A stretch of 30,612 nucleotides of DNA from a virus (lineage: Duplodnaviria; Heunggongvirae; Uroviricota; Caudoviricetes): IMG/VR virus record IMGVR_UViG_3300036985_002287, positions 1 through 30,612 of that record; one strand, given 5' to 3'. A program made the position numbers and the translations under genes. The notes below the pieces were generated by a model, which did not search any database, had not been told where the DNA came from, and saw only the letters and a list, made by a program, of their open reading frames with translations. This document shows, piece by piece, positions 24,323 through 30,612 of this stretch; the first letter of the stretch is position 1; each line of letters begins with the position of its first letter.

Positions 24323-24499
24323 TTATGCATATTTATCAGTTAATGCTTCCTTGCGTTCTCCTTCGATATCACTGATTGCTTCCTTCAGCGTCTTGCCACA
24401 GGTACCTACATATTGTTCGCCATCTTTCCACCATGCATACAATCGTACACCTTCGACGATGCCGTTAAAGTATTCATGGATGCGTCCTGCATCTTTCAT
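24323..24499 (-). CDS. Small hypothetical protein (58 aa; YAWWKDGEQYVGTCG)
   Basis: Hand-translated; ATGA overlap; contains GATAAATA near its 3' end. Confidence 0.7.
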   Translation of the reverse strand: MKDAGRIHEYFNGIVEGVRLYAWWKDGEQYVGTCGKTLKEAISDIEGERKEALTDKYA

Positions 24500-24744
24500 T
24501 CTACCACTCCAAAATGTTCTAAAATCTGGTCTCGGGCAGCACCTAGCACTGCACTATCACCACCCTCAACATCTTCCAGGTCAGTATTGCGGGCAACGAT
24601 GGCACACTCGCGCACTATCAACTCGGCGAATTTTTCGGGGTTCAGTTCGTATCCTTCAAATTCAGGAGATCCGTTGTAAGGGTTGTTGCCCCACACTTCA
24701 TCAGAAGCATCGCTGATCAGTTCTTTAATTCGTTCGTTCATCAT
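24496..24744 (-). CDS. MNERIKEL/EKFAELIV-family paralog
   Basis: Family motifs; ends HFGVVE. Confidence 0.8.
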   Translation of the reverse strand: MMNERIKELISDASDEVWGNNPYNGSPEFEGYELNPEKFAELIVRECAIVARNTDLEDVEGGDSAVLGAARDQILEHFGVVE

Positions 24745-24938
24745 TTTGTCTTAGGTTGGTAAGAGTTGATTATTGTTACAAAGAATTTATTGTAAGCAGT
24801 TTCGAATCCACGCTTGTAGTCGTCCGCTTCGACTTCTTCTCCTGGCTGGTCATATATCTGCTGCCACATCAATCCCTCCCGGCCATCCGCATACCCTTGC
24901 TCATAAGGGGTTTTCATTCCTGCATTGCCGGTTGCCAT
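24741..24938 (-). CDS. Hypothetical protein (start may be 24917)
   Basis: ORF track. Confidence 0.65.
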   Translation of the reverse strand: MATGNAGMKTPYEQGYADGREGLMWQQIYDQPGEEVEADDYKRGFETAYNKFFVTIINSYQPKTK

Positions 24939-25201
24939 TATGCGGTTACCTCATTCAGTCGTTCCCGCGCAGCACCCGCAAAGGAAGAGATGTTGCCACA
25001 CTTGTCTTCCCAGCGCAGGAGATTGCGGCAAGTGTATGCAATATCTTTACGATCCCAACACACAGCTTCCTGATTCAACTCTCCATTTAGGAATACTCGG
25101 CAGTGAAACTCGCCGTTTATATTTCGAACTGTGACTTCATGCTCACACTCACCTTGGAGGACTTTCTGCATTTCCATGAGTTCTTTATACCTGTGTTTCA
25201 T
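24938..25201 (-). CDS. Hypothetical protein (87 aa)
   Basis: ATGA overlap. Confidence 0.75.
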   Translation of the reverse strand: MKHRYKELMEMQKVLQGECEHEVTVRNINGEFHCRVFLNGELNQEAVCWDRKDIAYTCRNLLRWEDKCGNISSFAGAARERLNEVTA

Positions 25202-25476
25202 TCTTCAACTCCGAAAACATGTTCTCTGATTTCCTGAGCAACACACTGACACGTGGAGTGATAAACCATACGGTTAGCGTCCGGCATATCTTTCGGATCA
25301 ATGTCTGGATGAATACGCTTGTTTTCCATAGAAAACATTGACGCGGTTCTAGCACACTCACGCACGATTAACTCGGCGAATTTCTCAACACCACTGCGGT
25401 CACCGGCAAGGATATCGTTGTGTGTGGAGAATCGGAGGCCTGCTTCCCAGGCAAGTTCTCTCATACGTTCATTCAT
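25198..25476 (-). CDS. MNERIKEL/EKFAELIV-family paralog
   Basis: Family motifs; ends FGVEE. Confidence 0.8.
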   Translation of the reverse strand: MNERMRELAWEAGLRFSTHNDILAGDRSGVEKFAELIVRECARTASMFSMENKRIHPDIDPKDMPDANRMVYHSTCQCVAQEIREHVFGVEE

Positions 25477-25700
25477 TATTCAACTCCAAAATGTTTCTTT
25501 AACATCATTGCCGCGGTCTCCATAGACTGGGCTTGTATTTCACGCCCTTGGAGGGCATCAAGGCGAAACATTTCCGTATGAAATATTTTAACGCCTTCTT
25601 TAATAATCAACTCGGCGAACTTTTCTTCACGGCTAGTATCACAAGTACCATCAACAACATAGTTGCATTTGGTCATAAGTTCTTTAATTCGTTCGTTCAT
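25476..25700 (-). CDS. MNERIKEL/EKFAELIV-family paralog (start re-assigned)
   Basis: Family motifs; ends HFGVE. Confidence 0.8.
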   Translation of the reverse strand: MNERIKELMTKCNYVVDGTCDTSREEKFAELIIKEGVKIFHTEMFRLDALQGREIQAQSMETAAMMLKKHFGVE

Positions 25701-25849
25701 TCTTCCACCTCGCAGTAAACAATTCGCTTCCACTTTCTATCGTCACCATCCCATTCATCGCGCGTTTCCTTGAAAACCCAGTGACCGTCCCCCTCGGGGT
25801 CTCCATCTTCGGACCAGTCAATTTCCCAATATAGCCATGCAAGTTTCAT
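25697..25849 (-). CDS. Small Trp-rich acidic protein (50 aa)
   Basis: Hand-translated MKLAWLYWEIDW...EVEE; overlaps both neighbours. Confidence 0.65.
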   Translation of the reverse strand: MKLAWLYWEIDWSEDGDPEGDGHWVFKETRDEWDGDDRKWKRIVYCEVEE

Positions 25850-26301
25850 CATACCTTAAACTGTTTAGTTACATCTTCCATTCTGATTTCGTGCGGAATA
25901 TGTTCGACCTTGGCGCGTTCGTACACGCGGTACGCATAGTCCGGACTGCACTCCAAGAACGCACAGACAACATCCGAGAACCCTTCGTCGGCGTATTCCT
26001 CTTCGGGAATGATTGGCGTGTCAAGCACCTCAATTTCTTCGAGGGTCAGCACAGCACGATGCTTTTCCATAACTGCGCGGATGGCCTCTGCCACTTCTTC
26101 GCGTTCAATTTCGCTTGGGTCATACATATTTCCGAAGCAGCCTTTGCGTTTCTTGCTTTTGAACAGTTTACACAGTTCCAGAATATATTCCACTCGCTCC
26201 TCTTCGAGCCCTTCGTGGACAGTCGTTTGATAATTGTCGGCATCGTTTTCCCACGATGTGACGGAGAGGCGATAACCTGCGGGGATGATTGTTTGTGTCA
26301 T
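25849..26301 (-). CDS. Hypothetical protein (SWENDADNY motif)
   Basis: ORF track. Confidence 0.8.
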   Translation of the reverse strand: MTQTIIPAGYRLSVTSWENDADNYQTTVHEGLEEERVEYILELCKLFKSKKRKGCFGNMYDPSEIEREEVAEAIRAVMEKHRAVLTLEEIEVLDTPIIPEEEYADEGFSDVVCAFLECSPDYAYRVYERAKVEHIPHEIRMEDVTKQFKV

Positions 26302-26594
26302 AGATATTCGTCCTTAGTTTCTATCGGTGCTCTATCAGCACGCTTCATTTGACCAATACGACTGGACTTATTCCAATCGTACACTTCACCGTCGGGTGTT
26401 TTACCATCTTTGACTTCATCCACCCCGTTTTGACCAACCTGGTCTACATTTTCTGCAGACATGGTAACAAACCGCATACCTTGACGGCGATGTAGTTCGG
26501 CATGTCGCAGAGCAGCATTCAAGTCAGTATGTTTCGCACTTGCTGGCTGGTCGTTAGACATTGTCCAATAGACCATATATTCTGTTTTGTTCAT
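26298..26594 (-). CDS. Hypothetical protein (98 aa)
   Basis: ORF track; ATGA overlaps. Confidence 0.8.
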   Translation of the reverse strand: MNKTEYMVYWTMSNDQPASAKHTDLNAALRHAELHRRQGMRFVTMSAENVDQVGQNGVDEVKDGKTPDGEVYDWNKSSRIGQMKRADRAPIETKDEYL

Positions 26595-26845
26595 GATACT
26601 TTCAACATTTCATTATTTTGTATATGTAGATCTTCCCGGGTCATTTTAACTATCTTTGTTAAGTCCGGAATTGTCAGCGTCTTAAAAACAGTTATGCCTA
26701 GTACGGTGTTGCTCGAGTCAAGTGTACGCAGGAATACGCCTAAATCCGGCATATTTGCCCGCATATAGATGTCTTGTACTATTGTGTCGCCTGCCCAAGA
26801 TTCGCCTGACAATAGCTTGACGGTAATCATATAACTGTATATCAT
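26591..26845 (-). CDS. Hypothetical protein (probably leaderless)
   Basis: TATAAT-5 nt-ATG (promoter 26851-26879). Confidence 0.65.
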   Translation of the reverse strand: MIYSYMITVKLLSGESWAGDTIVQDIYMRANMPDLGVFLRTLDSSNTVLGITVFKTLTIPDLTKIVKMTREDLHIQNNEMLKVS

Positions 26846-26876
26846 GATGCATTATATACTAATGCACGATCAAAGT

Positions 26877-27269
26877 CTAGTGGGCGAAGGATTCTACGTC
26901 CACGCCTTTAAGTACCATCACAATTTCATCTGCTTCGGTATATATTAAATTCTTACCTTCCAGTATGGTACGGCGATTCAAATCCGGTAGTTTTGTCCAT
27001 TCTTCTACCTTCTCATAAGACCCCCAGCATATACTCGGTGCCATATTAAGAATCCAGACAACTAGATATTTTAGAGCTTGAATAGTATTAGAAGGGTGGG
27101 AATGTACTATGGCTCCAGTGCAATCGTTGGCTAATACCGACGTAAAGAAGCTACCGGGTGAAAATCCGTGAACAAGGTAGTTATACATAACATCAGCGTA
27201 CTCTTTAGGTACATGATAGCTATCAAAATTTTTATGGATCTTGTATTTGCTGTAGTCGGATATATTCAT
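26877..27269 (-). CDS. Hypothetical phage protein (YLVHGFSPGSFF motif; start re-assigned)
   Basis: ATGA overlap; stop inside -35 TAGACT. Confidence 0.8.
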   Translation of the reverse strand: MNISDYSKYKIHKNFDSYHVPKEYADVMYNYLVHGFSPGSFFTSVLANDCTGAIVHSHPSNTIQALKYLVVWILNMAPSICWGSYEKVEEWTKLPDLNRRTILEGKNLIYTEADEIVMVLKGVDVESFAH

Positions 27270-27427
27270 TTTTGTTGCCGTCTCTTCCAAAGCAGTTCTT
27301 CTAACTCTTGATCATAAACATACGGGTGCAGCCAATACTCATTATCCTTCATCAATTCATCAGCTTTGGCAAGCCACGCAAGCATGGCCTTTTCGGCATC
27401 TGATTGATTGGGTTCGGACTCATTCAA
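27266..27427 (-). CDS. Small hypothetical protein (TTG start, uncertain)
   Basis: Fills gap between neighbours. Confidence 0.45.
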   Translation of the reverse strand: MNESEPNQSDAEKAMLAWLAKADELMKDNEYWLHPYVYDQELEELLWKRRQQK

Positions 27428-27653
27428 ATCTTTTCCTAATCTTTTCCACTTGTTTGTTGTAATCGTCAATTGCCAGATCACTGACAAAGCAGTCCTCGGA
27501 CCAAAATGCTTTCTTGCAGTCCTCGATGATTAGGTGGGCGAACTTTTCCAGAGCGTCACCGTTGGCTAAAACTGTGGCTGGAGTCGGGTCAAAATATCGT
27601 TTGTAATATGTCGCTCCTGCCTGTTCGGCAAGTTCTTCAATTCTTTTGTTCAT
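27420..27653 (-). CDS. MNERIKEL-family paralog (MNKRIEEL)
   Basis: Family motifs. Confidence 0.8.
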   Translation of the reverse strand: MNKRIEELAEQAGATYYKRYFDPTPATVLANGDALEKFAHLIIEDCKKAFWSEDCFVSDLAIDDYNKQVEKIRKRFE

Positions 27654-27928
27654 TCTTCAACTCCAAAATGTTCCTTAATCTCGTCATCTGTCAATTCACC
27701 GGCTTCCATTTCTAGGAATAGAACCACATCATTACCTGTAAATCGGTCTTCGCCAACTGCCGCATACTTTTTAGCAGAATAAAGCATACCTGCACGAAAC
27801 GCTTCTGCCACAATCAACTCGGCGAATTTTTCTTGTTGTTCTACCCACGCTTCACAATATTCTCTGCCGTGAAAATCTAAAAACTTAATATCAGCCTGTT
27901 CAGCAAGTTCTTTAATTCGTTCGTTCAT
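27650..27928 (-). CDS. MNERIKEL-family paralog
   Basis: Family motifs; ends HFGVEE. Confidence 0.8.
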   Translation of the reverse strand: MNERIKELAEQADIKFLDFHGREYCEAWVEQQEKFAELIVAEAFRAGMLYSAKKYAAVGEDRFTGNDVVLFLEMEAGELTDDEIKEHFGVEE

Positions 27929-27931
27929 TCT

Positions 27932-28195
27932 TCAACTCCGAAATGTTTCTTCAATCTCACGCATACAAGTATAAACTACTTGTTCTTGCGTCGGTGGCAC
28001 AAAATGTCTAATCTCATTTGCTCTGCTACAAGCCTCTAAACATTCTGCCACAATCAACTCGGCGAACTTTTCCACGTCAAGTGTACGAGAGTCTATATCA
28101 CCAGTGTCAGACCAAGAGCCTGCTGCATGTGAAGTATACCCACCGCATACAGTTGCTCCAGCTTGTTCGGCAAATTCTTTAATTCGTTCGTTCAT
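27932..28195 (-). CDS. MNERIKEL-family paralog with frameshifted C-terminus
   Basis: Ends ETFRS; HFGVEE is encoded in the adjacent frame. Confidence 0.8.
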   Translation of the reverse strand: MNERIKEFAEQAGATVCGGYTSHAAGSWSDTGDIDSRTLDVEKFAELIVAECLEACSRANEIRHFVPPTQEQVVYTCMREIEETFRS

Positions 28196-28197
28196 AC

Positions 28198-28671
28198 TTA
28201 ACCTGTAATTTCGGTATAACTATTCTTGAAGATCTTTTCATCGACTACCCACATATCAGTGTGGTCTTCACGATTGCGAACAATATAATCGCCCGCCTTG
28301 TATCTTTGAATATTTTTATACTCGCCGAATGTTTCGCCCCAGTTGCCTTGCAAGAATCCTGTGAACGACGTTTGTGCAAATTCTACACTGTTTTCCATTT
28401 TCGGATTACATACCATCCAACCTTCGTGATCGATGGCATCAACTGTGTATTTCGATAAAAGCTTCTTAGCCGATTGTTGCCATGCATCGTTGCTTTCACC
28501 GATACAGAACATTGCATCAGCATGGACAGGCTCTTTTGCTTCCAGTGTGTCAACTAAGAACTTGGACATTACGGTTCGGTCAACCAACAGTGTCACCATT
28601 GGCTTAGCCCGCAGGCCTTTCGTCTTTTTCGCTACACCAAAATTCAGTGTGTTTGCATCAAGTAAAATCAT
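28198..28671 (-). CDS. Hypothetical protein (AGDYIV...W.V...IF motif, PGDYG-like)
   Basis: ORF track; family suggestion is weak. Confidence 0.7.
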   Translation of the reverse strand: MILLDANTLNFGVAKKTKGLRAKPMVTLLVDRTVMSKFLVDTLEAKEPVHADAMFCIGESNDAWQQSAKKLLSKYTVDAIDHEGWMVCNPKMENSVEFAQTSFTGFLQGNWGETFGEYKNIQRYKAGDYIVRNREDHTDMWVVDEKIFKNSYTEITG

Positions 28672-29132
28672 GGTTCAATCTCCCCCAGAACTTCTGCTTC
28701 TTCCAGCTGATACCATTCACCGTCAATAATTTTCAGACTGATGTATTTGCCTACCATTCCGCCACGCACATAATCACGCCCACCGTCAATGAAAGTGGAA
28801 CCGTCTGTCGATGTGCGATAGTCGTGTCGATAGCGACTATAGATAACTTCGCCGTCGAGTGCAATCACGCCGTCGATGATACCTTCCACAGCACTTGCGC
28901 CGCTTGTAATATATGTTCCACCATTTTGGTAAATCAGTGCGAAGTAGTTCGAATAACCTTCTACCGGAGGCGTTTCCTGGTAATACACATCGCCGCAGTC
29001 GTCGCCGTGCCAGCCGCCACCCGCAGTTCGCAGGCAAAGCTGTCCAACGAATTTAGCCTTATATTTTTCTTCGACTTTTTCGATATTGAACTTAGCATCT
29101 GCCCGTCCATTGTTTACGATAATCTTTTTCAT
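28668..29132 (-). CDS. Hypothetical phage protein (IDGGRDY motif)
   Basis: ORF track. Confidence 0.8.
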   Translation of the reverse strand: MKKIIVNNGRADAKFNIEKVEEKYKAKFVGQLCLRTAGGGWHGDDCGDVYYQETPPVEGYSNYFALIYQNGGTYITSGASAVEGIIDGVIALDGEVIYSRYRHDYRTSTDGSTFIDGGRDYVRGGMVGKYISLKIIDGEWYQLEEAEVLGEIEP

Positions 29133-29311
29133 TTCATTGCCCTTATGCGATTAATTACTTCATTGGCTTCGGTGAAGTTTTCGTCTGCAACATCTTTTTC
29201 TTCCCAATCTTGTGGTCCTAAGCCACCTATTGCATCGTTCAACTTTTTGGTCAAACCATCTTTATACTCTTGTGTCCAACTGAAATTATATTTGATTTTA
29301 TCTGGGTTCAT
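29129..29311 (-). CDS. Small hypothetical protein
   Basis: ORF track; SD AGGAG. Confidence 0.7.
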   Translation of the reverse strand: MNPDKIKYNFSWTQEYKDGLTKKLNDAIGGLGPQDWEEKDVADENFTEANEVINRIRAMK

Positions 29312-29334
29312 AGTATTCTCCTGTTACTGCTATT

Positions 29335-29598
29335 TTACAGCAGACCTTTTAGGATAGCAATAGATAATGCTTGTTCTGCTTCTTGTATTGTATCGTATCG
29401 CCATGCAAATATCCACCAACTACCTGTTTGACCGCGGCAGCCGAAGAGATTGTATAATTTATCAATCCATTCGGGATTGATATCTATGCCTTTAGTAAAG
29501 ATATTAACTATGAATTCGTTGTTCTTACCTTTTATACCACGCCAGGATTGAATACTATAATTCCTGCCTTTTTTTATTGTTTTTGTGCGGCGTCTCAC
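29335..29598 (-). CDS. Hypothetical protein (87 aa)
   Basis: ORF track. Confidence 0.7.
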   Translation of the reverse strand: MRRRTKTIKKGRNYSIQSWRGIKGKNNEFIVNIFTKGIDINPEWIDKLYNLFGCRGQTGSWWIFAWRYDTIQEAEQALSIAILKGLL

Positions 29599-29894
29599 AG
29601 AATTTCCAATACCTTCAAACTATTGGCTGTGTACCAAATACCGCCCTGACTTTCTGGACGAATGTGTTTTGTGCAGCCTTTAACTTCAACCTTGCACCAA
29701 ACACGGCCTTTTTTAGACAAGTGTGGAGCAAGTGGTTCAGCGCAACAGTGCCAGCCTGGGCGAACCTTATAGCCTTTGGTCGGATGGAATTCCGCCATAT
29801 ACTTCTTTCCAATCTCCACACGCAGGCGAGCATTGATAAAGAGTGGGCCTAACGAACCATCCTTCCGTTGTTTGAATAGCTTATACGCGATCAT
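29595..29894 (-). CDS. Hypothetical basic protein (99 aa)
   Basis: SD AGGAG; promoter 29916-29944. Confidence 0.8.
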   Translation of the reverse strand: MIAYKLFKQRKDGSLGPLFINARLRVEIGKKYMAEFHPTKGYKVRPGWHCCAEPLAPHLSKKGRVWCKVEVKGCTKHIRPESQGGIWYTANSLKVLEIL

Positions 29895-29956
29895 AAAAAT
29901 ATCTCCTACCTGTCTATTATAACAACATAGGAGATTATGGTCAACTGGAAGTTGAA

Positions 29957-30217
29957 TTAGCCGACTGTGATAAGCCCTTTGGCTTCTTTGATCAACTTAC
30001 GGCGGGCCACTGCCTTCTGCATGTTGGCCTTTGCTTTACCGGGATTGGCAAGATTCCATACTTGCGTATAGATAGCTGCCTTCAGTTTGAATGCTTCCTC
30101 GCCCATTTCCTTCCTGATCTTCTTGGCATACTTTGCCTTCGAAAGCGTGATACGATTCACCGGGCGAATTTCGCCAGTGCGTGGGCGACCAATTGGATAA
30201 CCTGTAGCTTGTGTCAT
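29957..30217 (-). CDS. Basic protein with AT-hook-like GRPR motif
   Basis: GRPRTG; Lys/Arg-rich; promoter 30244-30272. Confidence 0.7.
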   Translation of the reverse strand: MTQATGYPIGRPRTGEIRPVNRITLSKAKYAKKIRKEMGEEAFKLKAAIYTQVWNLANPGKAKANMQKAVARRKLIKEAKGLITVG

Positions 30218-30282
30218 GTGGAAAGTCCTTTGTGTAAAATTGTATTATAGCATCTTAGATAGATGCAGTCAATAAGTACCTA

Positions 30283-30308
30283 AAAGTATAGGGACCGTAG
30301 TCCCTATA
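30283..30308 (-). terminator. Rho-independent terminator (UACG loop)
   Basis: TATAGGGAC-TACG-GTCCCTATA then CTTTT. Confidence 0.8.
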
Positions 30309-30325
30309 TCTTCGTTTGCAGCATC

Positions 30326-30612
30326 TTAGGCTGCAACAGCTTCTGCAACCGGCTCAGTAGCAGCGGGCACTTCGGCCTTCGTTGCATTCTTCGAACCAGC
30401 GGGGCGGCCACGCTTGCCAGTGCCAGCAACCTTGACCTTCTTCGGATCACGGCCGAGCGTAACGGTACCAGCAGTTTCAGCTTCCTTCTTGAAGGAGTTG
30501 TACATCGTCGATGCACTGGCGCGTGATACGCTCAGTTCGGTTTCGATGGCGCCCAAAATTGCAGCACGGAATTCCTTGTTGGAAGCGTACAGGCCTTGTG
30601 AACGTTCGTCCA
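30326..30612 (-). CDS. Putative DNA-binding protein ('FR...A[SA]T.YN' family) with AT-hook KRGRP, 5'-partial
   Basis: Frame open to window end: ...KEFRAAILGAIETELSVSRASASTMYN...LGRDP...KRGRP. Confidence 0.75.
   Translation of the reverse strand, partial: DERSQGLYASNKEFRAAILGAIETELSVSRASASTMYNSFKKEAETAGTVTLGRDPKKVKVAGTGKRGRPAGSKNATKAEVPAATEPVAEAVAA

Larger units (their letters stand above)
321..30272 (-). promoter_or_regulatory. Dispersed family of ~34 sigma70-type early promoter cassettes (TTGACA/TAGACA -35, 16-18 bp spacer, TATAAT -10, conserved leader + SD)
   Basis: -10..-35 spans read by hand: 340-368, 1244-1272, 1864-1892, 2262-2290, 2601-2629, 2935-2963, 3238-3266, 3751-3779, 4706-4734, 8417-8445, 9034-9062, 9752-9779, 10823-10851, 11344-11372, 12433-12461, 13275-13304, 14139-14167, 15252-15280, 15784-15812, 16795-16824, 17453-17481, 17826-17854, 18232-18260, 19650-19678, 20492-20520, 21392-21420, 21692-21720, 21938-21966, 22328-22356, 26851-26879, 29916-29944, 30244-30272. 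Two more have a -10 with a weak -35 (4275, 11644). Most have a 17-bp spacer. Confidence 0.9.

Overview
Almost certainly a hypervariable 'early/accessory' region of a large tailed bacteriophage with a T4-like transcription programme; host and taxon cannot be determined from this window. About 85 short genes lie head-to-tail on the minus strand, and most are hypothetical. The single credible plus-strand gene is a GIY-YIG/NUMOD3 homing endonuclease. Recognisable products are a SprT-like metalloprotease, two ribosomal L7/L12-CTD-like proteins, an AAA+ ATPase, a winged-HTH protein, a permuted NlpC/P60 (YiiX/YebB-like) hydrolase, two Cys-His-Asp fold proteins and a probable YafQ/RelE-like toxin with a small upstream partner. 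The architecture is the main interest. (1) About 34 near-consensus sigma70 promoter cassettes (hand count) share a 5' leader ATCGCAACAAAGGAG, often carry palindromic spacers, and often have a -35 box that contains the previous gene's stop codon. (2) Seven tandem 'M[ST][LI]FDVI' paralogs are joined by a conserved dual-coding DNA junction, and six 'MNERIKEL' paralogs use a similar design. (3) Several promoter-driven, ORF-free, strongly base-paired units look like unannotated ncRNAs (about 370 nt at 17856-18226; about 100 nt with a T-loop at 21285-21385). (4) Two motif-sharing non-coding, iteron-like regions lie at 4.7-5.9 kb and 22.35-22.6 kb. All calls come from reading the sequence by eye; no database search or folding program was run. 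Several starts are re-assigned relative to the ORF track using SD/promoter position, and several ORFs under 60 aa were added by hand translation.
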